NCBI GenBank assembly: GCA_014376695.1
Contig: JACMRA010000016.1
Coordinates: 47,814 to 111,813 of the forward strand
Direction of reading: 5' to 3'
DNA: 64,000 nt
From: Minisyncoccota bacterium
Lineage (GTDB): Bacteria > Patescibacteriota > JACMRA01
Part shown: one piece after another, positions 9,434 to 18,567 of the stretch
Numbering within the stretch: position 1 is the first letter of the stretch
Layout of the letters: each line of letters begins with the position of its first letter
Notes under the pieces: model-generated
Told to the model about the DNA's origin: nothing
Seen by the model: the letters and a program-made list of their open reading frames with translations, nothing else
Databases searched by the model: none
Translations under genes and position numbers: made by a program

Positions 9434-11035
9434 AATCCAAGTCCCATACCTCTCTCCTAGTCCCGCAACAGGCACCAAAATATAATCTTGCCCAAGCAAC
9501 TTATCAAACTGCTTTTTTACAGGGGAATTGTTATCAACTATAATTAATTTGGTCTTATTACTGACAAGCTCGTGATAAACCTCATCAATGCTAGTATCAT
9601 ACTGGAAGTCGGTGATTTGGCGATGACCACTTACCCGATTACTTAGCGGATAGAGCTCCGAGGCGTTGGCTACTAGATAAATTTTGTCACCTAGAACTGT
9701 GTACTGATTGATAATTGGTAGCAAGATTTTGGCCCGGTCCCATGCTCCAGAATTATTGGACCTTTGGTAATCTTCAAGGCTCATACTGCCAGTTAGCACC
9801 CGAGAAAACTTATTCCAAGTATTAGTCTGGTAAATTGGAATCATCTGACCACTGCCAAATATCATCGTCCCCATATTCAGAAGTAGGGCAATTACAATTA
9901 CAGATTGAACTTTTGATATCAATAAGTCTCGCAAAGCCCACAAGTAATCTAACAAACCAAAGATCAGCACACTCACCGCCCCAAATACCTGAATTAGATA
10001 ATGTGGATAGTTTCGCTCAGATATCATAGCCCCAAAGAAGCAGGCTCCAACCCATAGAGCGATAAACATATATTGATAGCTTATCAACTTCTTAAATCGG
10101 GCAAAACTCAAACCGACAAGCAAGCCTACAAGAAGCAAAAACCTAAATTGCAAATTGGTAATCAAGCTGGTCGGATAGCCAAAAATTGGTAAACCAAAAA
10201 CCAGGGGAGAGTTGCGAGCCACATAATCCGAACCAAAGCCGAGCAAAGAATAATACAGAATACTACCCAGACCACGAGACAAGTACCAAACAATCAATCC
10301 TAAATAAGGCAAAGTTATCAAGCCAATAACTAAGCCAACCCGTGGTAATTGATACCGAACAAAAGCTCCAAGCTTTAGACCTTGACTCTCCCAAGATTGC
10401 CAAAGCATCAAATACAATAACACCCCAATTTCGACCACTGCATGAATCTTAGTAAAGCAGGCCAAACTAAAACAAATCCCAACCGCGAGATAATTAAACC
10501 AATCTCGATTTGCAGAAACTGGGGAAACTTCCCGAAGCGTTCTAGACCAAAAATACAAGCCAAGGATAATCAACGGCATATAGACGTTCTCGGCGTTAAG
10601 CTGAGTCATCTCCCAACCAAAGCCAAGTAACATCCCAAAAAAGACTGTACTAATAACCGTTCCTAAATTAACTAAGCGGACCCTAAACAAATCTCGACCC
10701 AGATTAAATACCAAATGCCAAAAACTGACCAAAGCCAACAATGAAAACCCAAGGTTAATCAATCGAAATCCCCAGACATTGACTCCAGAAATCTGATAAC
10801 TAAGCCAATAAATCAGGTATAACAAGGGCGGTTTGTTGTCCCAGACATTTTGATACAGGTATTGACCGTTACTAAGTCCGTGGGCTACTGCCAAATAAAT
10901 GTTTTCGTCCCCATACCACAAAAACTCCCAAAAAGTTGGGAGTCTAATAATAGTAATACATAATCCAAGAAACCCGAGAATTAACCATTTAATCCAAGGA
11001 GTTCCAAGTTTATAGTCTAACTTGGTCAAGAACAT
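9425..11035 (-). CDS. GT-C fold (GT39/ArnT/PMT-like) membrane glycosyltransferase
   Basis: 536 aa with at least 10 TM helices and an acidic first-loop motif (YGDENIY). Confidence 0.55.
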   Translation of the reverse strand: MFLTKLDYKLGTPWIKWLILGFLGLCITIIRLPTFWEFLWYGDENIYLAVAHGLSNGQYLYQNVWDNKPPLLYLIYWLSYQISGVNVWGFRLINLGFSLLALVSFWHLVFNLGRDLFRVRLVNLGTVISTVFFGMLLGFGWEMTQLNAENVYMPLIILGLYFWSRTLREVSPVSANRDWFNYLAVGICFSLACFTKIHAVVEIGVLLYLMLWQSWESQGLKLGAFVRYQLPRVGLVIGLITLPYLGLIVWYLSRGLGSILYYSLLGFGSDYVARNSPLVFGLPIFGYPTSLITNLQFRFLLLVGLLVGLSFARFKKLISYQYMFIALWVGACFFGAMISERNYPHYLIQVFGAVSVLIFGLLDYLWALRDLLISKVQSVIVIALLLNMGTMIFGSGQMIPIYQTNTWNKFSRVLTGSMSLEDYQRSNNSGAWDRAKILLPIINQYTVLGDKIYLVANASELYPLSNRVSGHRQITDFQYDTSIDEVYHELVSNKTKLIIVDNNSPVKKQFDKLLGQDYILVPVAGLGERYGTWILR

Positions 11036-11336
11036 TGATTAGCAATTGAATACCAGTTTGACCCAAGGCCGCGATACAAATAGCAATAATTGCGTTGACG
11101 ATAACTTTTTGACCTTTCTCTCGACCTTTGTCCCCTCCTAGCAGGAATAGAAAAGCTCCGTAAAGTACGAATAGAACTGCCAAAGCCCCAATTACATAAG
11201 TTCCAATATTGGCCACTGTGACAATGATTCGAACAAACCCGTCAACACCACCACTAAAGTTTCGAGGATCTAAAACTCGGCAGCCTCCTCGTGGGCAAAG
11301 AATACTTCCTGTTGGTAAAAATGAATCATTATTCAT
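11010..11336 (-). CDS. TrbC/VirB2-like 'T4SS pilin' family small membrane protein
   Basis: 108 aa. A Cys-containing N-terminus, then two TM helices flanking a GGDKGREKG loop. Overlaps the downstream glycosyltransferase gene by 26 nt. Confidence 0.55.
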   Translation of the reverse strand: MNNDSFLPTGSILCPRGGCRVLDPRNFSGGVDGFVRIIVTVANIGTYVIGALAVLFVLYGAFLFLLGGDKGREKGQKVIVNAIIAICIAALGQTGIQLLINVLDQVRL

Positions 11337-11430
11337 AAATTATAAATATAGGTTAAAATTATTATTTTTAGTTGATAATTAATCTATATCACAAAAATCC
11401 AAAGTTGTCTAGGTTATAGCATCTAATAAC

Positions 11431-11459
11431 TTGCAAAAGTCCAAAAATTGGATTAAAAT
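11431..11459 (+). promoter_or_regulatory. sigma70-type promoter, near-leaderless
   Basis: TTGCAA (11431-11436), 17 nt, TAAAAT (11454-11459), then 9 nt to ATG 11469. No SD. Confidence 0.5.
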
Positions 11460-11468
11460 TAGTTTAGT

Positions 11469-12704
11469 ATGACCTTTTCAAGAAAACTTGCTCAACTAGC
11501 CAAAAACTCCTTTAATAATGTTAGCGATACACTAGACGCTATGATTTTTGACAGGAAATACGATCAGAAGCTTGGCAAGCAAAAACCTAATCTTGAAAAC
11601 TATAAATCCATCTTTCACGAAACCGAAAATCAAAAAAATCCCCGAAGCAAACACCTACTAATCAAGCAGCAGTGGCGTATATACAAGCAATCGTACCGTT
11701 TTCTCGAGCGGGCAATTAGTACAGCGGCCAGTCACCATAACGATAATGTTTATTTTGTATCTGTTTCGAGGCTTGGCTCGTTATATCTGGTTAATGACAT
11801 TGCTAAGCAAATTACCGTCGACCCAAGCACAATTCTGGCCGAAATTTCCTGCGTCGATGAAGCTACTCAAGGTGGCGAATTTGTTAGGGAGACAGATTTA
11901 GAGGGTAACTATTTAGGTTCGATGTCAGATCACACCATTGATCGCTACATTTTGTCCATTCCTGGCAGCGGCGCGCTCAAGTACATTTGTCCGCAGTCTG
12001 CCAAGGAAGGCTTGAGTCTCAGTGAGTTAATAGAAGTCGAGCGTAATCGACTCGCAGATCTTGGTTATCGAATTTCTAAATGGTGCCAAAAAAAAGGAAT
12101 CGTCAAACTTACAATGACCTATCACGAAGCTTGTGGGGCTGTGCAAGTCCGCAAAAAAAATCTAATAAATTTGCTTACTGACACTAATCAGCTTCAGATG
12201 GCCAAACAATGCGCTACTAATCTGGGATTTGAAATCCAAAAAGCCAGTGCTGAACTCAAATCAAGGCTCAACGTCACTTTGGCCTTTATCGGGAAAAACG
12301 AGATGTTCAAACTTAGGCCGATGCAAATGCACAACGCCCTAGGCACAATTGGTTGCCTGGATAGCTCAATTCTCTGTATGGAAATTGACTTAATCACTCG
12401 ACTTAACTTCTTCGATTGCCTTGTACCTGTCGAGTTCGATGAGGGTTTACCGGACCATAATTACAGTTTGGACGCCATTGCCAGTGGAGTTGAAGATATT
12501 AACCTGACTATACAAATCGCTTTTGGGGAGCACGGTTGGGGTAGCAGTTTCTTTAACAAAGCTCGGCCTTATATGATAATGCTATTTACCCGCTCCGAAG
12601 AACAGTCTTACCAAGCCCAAGATTTGGTTAGGGCAATGAAACTAAAATTAACCTCAGAAATATGGGAAAAGCTAGCTTTTGTGATTATCAGAAGCGACCA
12701 GTAG
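11469..12704 (+). CDS. hypothetical protein
   Basis: 411-aa ORF with a good promoter directly upstream; no motif recognised. Confidence 0.6.
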   Translation: MTFSRKLAQLAKNSFNNVSDTLDAMIFDRKYDQKLGKQKPNLENYKSIFHETENQKNPRSKHLLIKQQWRIYKQSYRFLERAISTAASHHNDNVYFVSVSRLGSLYLVNDIAKQITVDPSTILAEISCVDEATQGGEFVRETDLEGNYLGSMSDHTIDRYILSIPGSGALKYICPQSAKEGLSLSELIEVERNRLADLGYRISKWCQKKGIVKLTMTYHEACGAVQVRKKNLINLLTDTNQLQMAKQCATNLGFEIQKASAELKSRLNVTLAFIGKNEMFKLRPMQMHNALGTIGCLDSSILCMEIDLITRLNFFDCLVPVEFDEGLPDHNYSLDAIASGVEDINLTIQIAFGEHGWGSSFFNKARPYMIMLFTRSEEQSYQAQDLVRAMKLKLTSEIWEKLAFVIIRSDQ

Positions 12705-12795
12705 GACTTCAACCTTGACAAATTCTCAAAAACTTATTTTATGTAAATAGCTCTGGCTAAAGCCGGAACACCGATGCGTCGAAAGACATTTCAAT

Positions 12796-12821
12796 AAAGG
12801 CCGCCCAAGGGTCTTTTTTTT
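12796..12821 (+). terminator. rho-independent terminator
   Basis: Stem AAAGGCC/GGTCTTT (7 bp, one G-U), 7-nt loop, then a T-run to 12821. Confidence 0.45.
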
Positions 12822-13743
12822 ATGTTTGGTTATATCGGAATTTTCCTAGGCCAAATGACATCTCAATCAGACGACTAGCTAGAACTGTCAACTGCGTAGT
12901 TTTGTTCAATTCATTTAGTTGCATTAATTCAAAGACTTTTAGTTTGTTGGTTGTTTGCACTTTGTTGGTTATATACAACAATTCTCTTGGAGTCAGGCCT
13001 CCCATTAGCGGATCATCAGTTTCAGTCTTCTCAAAGTAACTTGAGTCCAGAGAATCAATATCAATTGACAGCCAAATATAATCCAAATCACTGAGATAAT
13101 CCAAAATCTCACTCATAATTCTGGCCATACCAAGCTCTTCGATGTCTAAGACAGAATAGGTTTTGATTTTTGCATTCTGGAGGTTTTGGGACTCCCTGTA
13201 ATCCACTTCGCGAAGTCCAATTTGAACAATTTTTTGGATGAAATTACCCTGGTATAGATCTGTAAATTGACGCATCCCTAGGCCGAAATTAATAGCGCAG
13301 GGGCAACCTGTCATCGATCGCGACGGAGTAGTCAAATGGGTGTTAAAATCGCTATGTCCATCAACCCAAATAAGCCCGATTTTGGTCATATCAGTCAATT
13401 TGCTCAATCCAGCCCCAGTCCCAGCCGAGACACTGTGGTCCCCACCAATAACACATAATTTGTCGTTATCCCAATCGAATTGGCTGGCTATGCGGGCTTG
13501 GAGTTTTTGGGCCATATCGACGTTGGAGTCTAAGTAGCTAATAGGATCTTCGAGCTTATCGGGATAGGAGTTGTACTCGAGAGGTGCCAAGACGGTGCAA
13601 TTGGCCCTGAGCAGATTAACCGGCATTGCGGCAGCTTGATTATCGTTAGCTCCAGCTACATCAATGATACGACTGTGATTAGGCTTGCAGTGCTGGCCGT
13701 AGACGCTCTCGGCGAACGGGACGGGTAAAATTAAATTAGACAT
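12820..13743 (-). CDS. arginase/agmatinase/formiminoglutamase-family ureohydrolase
   Basis: Mn-binding motifs GGDHS, WVDGHSDFN and SIDIDSLD, in the order typical of the family. Confidence 0.8.
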   Translation of the reverse strand: MSNLILPVPFAESVYGQHCKPNHSRIIDVAGANDNQAAAMPVNLLRANCTVLAPLEYNSYPDKLEDPISYLDSNVDMAQKLQARIASQFDWDNDKLCVIGGDHSVSAGTGAGLSKLTDMTKIGLIWVDGHSDFNTHLTTPSRSMTGCPCAINFGLGMRQFTDLYQGNFIQKIVQIGLREVDYRESQNLQNAKIKTYSVLDIEELGMARIMSEILDYLSDLDYIWLSIDIDSLDSSYFEKTETDDPLMGGLTPRELLYITNKVQTTNKLKVFELMQLNELNKTTQLTVLASRLIEMSFGLGKFRYNQT

Positions 13744-13751
13744 TTGTTTAT

Positions 13752-13780
13752 TTTATAAGTGATATTAGTTGAGCTGTCAA
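13752..13780 (-). promoter_or_regulatory. sigma70-type promoter, leaderless geometry
   Basis: Read on the minus strand: TTGACA (13780-13775), 17 nt, TATAAA (13757-13752), then 8 nt to ATG 13743. Confidence 0.55.
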
Positions 13781-13813
13781 AGATACCAAATTTTTATAAA
13801 TAAAGTCGTTGAT

Positions 13814-13842
13814 TTGACACAGTACTCCTAATTTGATTTGAT
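13814..13842 (+). promoter_or_regulatory. candidate promoter of leuS, leaderless geometry
   Basis: TTGACA (13814-13819), 17 nt, TTTGAT (13837-13842), then 8 nt to ATG 13851. The -10 is weak. Confidence 0.35.
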
Positions 13843-13850
13843 AGCTGTAT

Positions 13851-16800
13851 ATGACTAGCTCAGCCATTCAAAAGAACTCCAAATACAATCACCGAGAAAC
13901 CGAAGCCAAATGGGTTAAGCAATGGGAATCTAATCAAACCTACAAAACCCCAGAACTAAAAACCGGTGACAAAAAAAAGTATATTTTGGAGGCTTTTCCC
14001 TATCCCTCAGGCGATGGGCTACATGTTGGACACGCACTTCCAAGTACCGCTGGTGACATTACTAGTCGTTATTACAGGCTCAAGGGATATAAGACACTCC
14101 ATCCAATGGGGTTTGACGCTTTTGGACTACCTACGGAGAATTTTGCTATCAAAAAAGGTATCCCACCACAGCAAACAACCCTGGAATCTATCAAGAATTT
14201 TAAGGTTCAACTCAAAAAACTAGGTGTAGATTATGATTGGACCCGTCAAATTAATACGACCGACCCAAACTACTACAAGTGGACCCAATGGCTATTTCAA
14301 TTGCTCTACAAGCGAGGACTAGCCTACAAAAAAGAAGCCCTAGTCAACTGGGACCCGATTGATAAAACTGTTCTAGCCAATGAGCAGGTTACCAAAGATG
14401 GTACCGCGGAAAGGTCTGGAGCTATAGTTGAGCAAAAACTTATGAGTCAATGGTTTTTTAAGATTACGGACTACGCTGAGCGGCTTTTGACTGATTTGGA
14501 TGGTCTAGATTGGCCAGAAAGTACCAAACAAATGCAACGCAACTGGATAGGCAAGAGCGACGGCGCTGAGGTAGAATTTCAATTAGGCTATGAGGGTGAT
14601 ACGATTAGAGTCTTCACAACGGCCCACGATACAATATATGGGGTGACTTTTTTGGTGATTTCGCCAGAGCATACTTTGGTTGCCCAACTAACGACTGAGG
14701 ACAATAAAACTGCAATGGTAGACTATATTGCCAAAGCTAAGCAGAAGTCGCAATTGGAGCGAACTGACCTTAACAAGGACAAGTCTGGCGTGTTTACAGG
14801 GAGCTACGCAATTCACCCGCTAACAGGCGGCCAAATCCCTATCTGGGTAGCTGATTATGTTCTTACAAGTTACGGAACCGGGGCTGTAATGGCCGTACCT
14901 GGCGAAGATGAGCGGGACTATGAATTTGCTAATAAATATGACTTACCGGTTATTTATACTAACCACACCAATTCTTTTGTATCCTATTCCAAAGAAATCA
15001 AGACCAACAAAGATAAATATACGCTAATTAATTCTGGTGAATTCGACGGCCTAACCTACACTGTAGCTCGAGAGAAAATCCTCGACAAACTAATCGAGCA
15101 TAACCAAGGCAAGGCAGTGACCAACTACCGGCTTCGTGATTGGTCGATCGGTCGCCAGCGATATTGGGGTTGCCCAATTCCAGTGTATTATAAGCCAAGC
15201 AATCAATCAAAAGTGCTTGTTATTATGGTTCACGGAGGTGATAGTACTGGTTCAAGCGAGGACGGACGCCAAGACGATAAAATTACGGATAGGATCGTCG
15301 AAAAAAATCAGTATTCAACTAGTAAAGGCTGTCCTGTTTGGGGGGAGAATTTGGACAAAGTTTTGGACAAGGAAATTTTTGATGTAGTTGCTCCTGTATT
15401 TCCTAACGCCGAGAATGCTTTGTATTCCGAATGGAAACGATTTTTTGAACAGATTATCGAGTCGCAGTTAAAAAATAATCAGTACCAGGATATAGTTGTT
15501 ATCGGACACAGTCTAGGCACAGTTTTCCTGCAGATGTATTTATCCTCTGAAGATTTTAATGAGCGTTTTGGTCAAAAATTGAGCATAATTCAATTAGTTG
15601 GCTGCTGCGAGTCTGAAGGTGATTTTGAGGTTACTGATAATTGGGCTAAAATCAAAAGTCAAGTTGGGCTTATTAAAATACATCACTCACAAGATGATTC
15701 TGTATGCCCTTTCAAATGGGGCCAGTTGTACGCTTCGAAACTTGGACTAGCTAGTTTTGATACTTATTCTAACAAAGGACATTTTGAGCAAGTGAATTTT
15801 GAGGAATTAGCGAACCAATTGCGTTCGAACTTTGTAGGAGCCAAAACCGTTGAAAGTCTAATCCCAGAGCAAGACTTACCTTTAGTCCTTCCTAATGACG
15901 CAAATATGACCAGTGGCAAAATCAAACCACTTGGAGAAAATCTAGATTTTGTTAATTCGGCTAATAAGTTATATGGAGATGGGGCTCAATATGAGGGGGA
16001 CACAATGGATTCTTTTGTTTGTTCGAGTTGGTATTTCTTTAGATATTTGGATCCGAGCAACGTTGCCAAGTTCGCAAGTTCAGAAACTATAAAACAGTGG
16101 ATGGCCGTGGATCAGTACGTTATTGGAGCTGAGCATTCTACTTTGCACTTACTTTATGCTCGATTTTTTACTAAGGTTTTGTTCGATGAAGGTTTGATTG
16201 ATTTTGTGGAGCCGTTTGTTCAGATGAGGCATCAAGGTTTGATACTCGGTCCCGACGGCCAAAAAATGAGCAAATCCAAAGGTAATACCATTAATCCACT
16301 CGAGGTTTTTGAGCAGTACGGGGCTGACACCCTCCGAATGTATGAGATGTTTATGGGACCGTTCGACCAGCCGAAGCCTTGGAATACTGATAGTATCAAG
16401 GGGGTTAGGCGTTTGATTGAGCGGATTTGGGCAATGCAAGATCGGTGCTATTATTCTAGTGCGGTAGACAGCGCCAGGCTTAGCCAATTAGGTATAATTC
16501 ACGGCCCAAAGAGTGAGCGAACTATCGAAAAAGAACTGCAAAAACTTACCAAAAAAATTGGTGAGGATATCGAGTCGTATAGCTTCAATACCTGTATATC
16601 TGAGTTTATGAAATTTGTGAATAAGGTTGAGGAGGTCGGCGGACTAACTAATTATCAATTCTTGCGATTTTTGATTTTGTTACATCCTTTTGCGCCATTT
16701 GTGACCGAAGAAATTTATAGTCAGTTTGAGTTACCTAACAAAAAACCAAGCATATCTATGGAACAGTGGCCTGAATTTGAGGCACAAATGCTAGTTGATA

Positions 16801-16985
16801 CCACGATCAAATATATGGTACAGGTGAATGGAAAAGTTCGAGGCGAGTTTGAAATTGAGACAAATATGCCCGAAGCAGCGGTCATAGCCGTAGCCAAAGA
16901 ATCGGTATCCAAGTGGCTAGAAGACAAAGAAATTAAATTCTGTAAGGTTGTAACTGGAAAGCTAGTTAGTTTGGTTGTCTCTTAA
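13851..16985 (+). CDS. leuS: leucyl-tRNA synthetase with an inserted alpha/beta-hydrolase domain
   Basis: HVGH (HIGH), CP1 editing motifs TTAHDT and GTGAVMAVPGEDERDYEFA, RDWSIGRQRYWG, SSWYFFRY and KMSKS. It is 1044 aa because of the insertion at 15192-15860. Confidence 0.95.
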   Translation: MTSSAIQKNSKYNHRETEAKWVKQWESNQTYKTPELKTGDKKKYILEAFPYPSGDGLHVGHALPSTAGDITSRYYRLKGYKTLHPMGFDAFGLPTENFAIKKGIPPQQTTLESIKNFKVQLKKLGVDYDWTRQINTTDPNYYKWTQWLFQLLYKRGLAYKKEALVNWDPIDKTVLANEQVTKDGTAERSGAIVEQKLMSQWFFKITDYAERLLTDLDGLDWPESTKQMQRNWIGKSDGAEVEFQLGYEGDTIRVFTTAHDTIYGVTFLVISPEHTLVAQLTTEDNKTAMVDYIAKAKQKSQLERTDLNKDKSGVFTGSYAIHPLTGGQIPIWVADYVLTSYGTGAVMAVPGEDERDYEFANKYDLPVIYTNHTNSFVSYSKEIKTNKDKYTLINSGEFDGLTYTVAREKILDKLIEHNQGKAVTNYRLRDWSIGRQRYWGCPIPVYYKPSNQSKVLVIMVHGGDSTGSSEDGRQDDKITDRIVEKNQYSTSKGCPVWGENLDKVLDKEIFDVVAPVFPNAENALYSEWKRFFEQIIESQLKNNQYQDIVVIGHSLGTVFLQMYLSSEDFNERFGQKLSIIQLVGCCESEGDFEVTDNWAKIKSQVGLIKIHHSQDDSVCPFKWGQLYASKLGLASFDTYSNKGHFEQVNFEELANQLRSNFVGAKTVESLIPEQDLPLVLPNDANMTSGKIKPLGENLDFVNSANKLYGDGAQYEGDTMDSFVCSSWYFFRYLDPSNVAKFASSETIKQWMAVDQYVIGAEHSTLHLLYARFFTKVLFDEGLIDFVEPFVQMRHQGLILGPDGQKMSKSKGNTINPLEVFEQYGADTLRMYEMFMGPFDQPKPWNTDSIKGVRRLIERIWAMQDRCYYSSAVDSARLSQLGIIHGPKSERTIEKELQKLTKKIGEDIESYSFNTCISEFMKFVNKVEEVGGLTNYQFLRFLILLHPFAPFVTEEIYSQFELPNKKPSISMEQWPEFEAQMLVDTTIKYMVQVNGKVRGEFEIETNMPEAAVIAVAKESVSKWLEDKEIKFCKVVTGKLVSLVVS
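15192..15860 (+). other. in-frame insertion of about 223 aa in leuS: YdeN/RBBP9-like serine hydrolase (alpha/beta fold) domain
   Basis: Ordered motifs KVLVIMVHGG, PVFPN..YSEW, VVIGHSLGT (Ser codon 15510-15512), IHHSQDDSVCPF and NKGHFE. Flanked by LeuRS motifs RQRYWGCPIPVYY and IPEQDLPLVLP. Confidence 0.7.
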
Positions 16986-17810
16986 AACTGGAGGTGGGAT
17001 AAGTTTAAACCCCAAGATAAATTTCTCAAGCTTGCTTTGAAGCTTGCCGCGATTAGCTGTTCTCAAATGAATTGTAGAAGAATTAGCATCCCAAAAGTCA
17101 ACAAAAAAAATGTCAAGGCTGACTAAATGGTTATGTACTTGCCACTTTAGTAACCTCAATTCACTTAGTTGTAACCCTCCGCGGTGAAGACTCCTATCGT
17201 TAAGGTAGATTGCCAATTCAGGTTGGGTCTCATACATAATTTCTTCGTTATACCAATTAGTAGGCTTTAGTGCAATCATTTTGGCAAGGGTTATTTGGGC
17301 AGTTTCAATTCTTAGTAGATTGACTTGATCGTGTATTGCATAGCAAAATGTTTCGATATGTTCAATAGGGCTACTTGGATGTTCTATTAACTGCAAAGGA
17401 GATGAAAAACCCTTAACGTGCCTAAAGTCGAGCATAAAATATAATCGATACAAACAATAATTATATATTTGATGTAGGTTTTCGGGACCGGTATCCGACA
17501 AGTCTGGTTGAAAAATTAATCCGGTATCCAAACTTTCGACTTTGTCGGAGTATCTTTCGGGGAATGGATCCTTGTATTTATATGATTGATCTCTACCTTG
17601 ATTACCTAAATCTACGGTCGTGCTAAGCTGGTTGACTATACTTTGTACAGTTGCTCGAGATAACCCGTATTCATCAAAAATGCTGATTACCAAAGGAAGG
17701 TAAATAAACTGGTAAAGAATACTGATAAATTCTTGATCTAATCTTTCTTTTTGCCTAAGCCGTGCTATTGCCAACTTAAGGTCGAGGCAAAGTGCTGAGG
17801 GAGTATCCAT
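16962..17810 (-). CDS. hypothetical protein
   Basis: 282-aa ORF. Its 3' end overlaps the leuS 3' end by 24 nt (convergent). No motif recognised. Confidence 0.5.
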   Translation of the reverse strand: MDTPSALCLDLKLAIARLRQKERLDQEFISILYQFIYLPLVISIFDEYGLSRATVQSIVNQLSTTVDLGNQGRDQSYKYKDPFPERYSDKVESLDTGLIFQPDLSDTGPENLHQIYNYCLYRLYFMLDFRHVKGFSSPLQLIEHPSSPIEHIETFCYAIHDQVNLLRIETAQITLAKMIALKPTNWYNEEIMYETQPELAIYLNDRSLHRGGLQLSELRLLKWQVHNHLVSLDIFFVDFWDANSSTIHLRTANRGKLQSKLEKFILGFKLIPPPVLRDNQTN

Positions 17811-17863
17811 TGTCTATTTCATTAGTTATATTACTACTTATTTAAGTAAGTTTAAGATTTTTG

Positions 17864-18535
17864 TCAATAGGGTAATTTCTCTCTGTGGGCTTTTATTCGT
17901 GGGCCTACACTGGTATTTAATGGCCCGTTGTAATCGTAACCACTTTCCGTAGTTGGCTCCTGATCACCTGGGGTATAATCTGAAATAGCATCTGGAGCCT
18001 TCATTAATCCCCATAGCAAGCCCGCAATATTCCGACCTACTTGACCTAGAGGTAGTCCAGGGAAATTTGTAGGGACCGAAGGGTAAACCCCAGCCAAATA
18101 AAATAAGGCACATACTTGTAATTCTCCCAATTTCTCACCGAGCGGATTTAATTGGCAAGGCCAGATCAGTTTCCCTAATAATTGAATTGAATCGCAGGAA
18201 GCTGGTATTTTAGCGACTATACTTTCGGCTAAGATTTTCAAGTCTTCAGATTCTAGCTTCTTGTCTCTTGCCCTCACGAATAGATCAATAAGTGGAGTTA
18301 ATTTAGTTTCAACGACTCCCGAGAGTAAAGGGTTCTCCCCATTTTGGCCTCCTTTAATAGTGTGCTCAGGATTCTTAAAAGCTATCAAAGCGTAGGTGGC
18401 ACAGATACATGTCGCCCCTATAGCCAGTCCTAATAATTTCTTTGCCGTGACTATAGTTTCTTCTAATTCTTTTAATCTTGATTCACAATGAGCTTCAGGC
18501 ATAACTGAGTTATTTCGATAGTTTATGTACTTCAA
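17864..18535 (-). CDS. hypothetical protein with one TM helix
   Basis: 223-aa ORF with TM helix LLGLAIGATCICATYALIAF. The start is uncertain: track TTG 18535 or the internal ATG giving MPEAH. Confidence 0.45.
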   Translation of the reverse strand: MKYINYRNNSVMPEAHCESRLKELEETIVTAKKLLGLAIGATCICATYALIAFKNPEHTIKGGQNGENPLLSGVVETKLTPLIDLFVRARDKKLESEDLKILAESIVAKIPASCDSIQLLGKLIWPCQLNPLGEKLGELQVCALFYLAGVYPSVPTNFPGLPLGQVGRNIAGLLWGLMKAPDAISDYTPGDQEPTTESGYDYNGPLNTSVGPRIKAHREKLPY

Positions 18536-18567
18536 TCAATACTCTAAGATAAATATCTGTCAAATTC

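Noticed and set aside
15192-15860. The LeuRS insertion as an intein or an independent nested gene.
   Set aside because: There is no Cys/Ser/Thr at the N-junction, no His-Asn plus nucleophile at the C-junction, and no homing-endonuclease motifs. There is also no internal start or SD and no stops. The motif set is that of an alpha/beta hydrolase.
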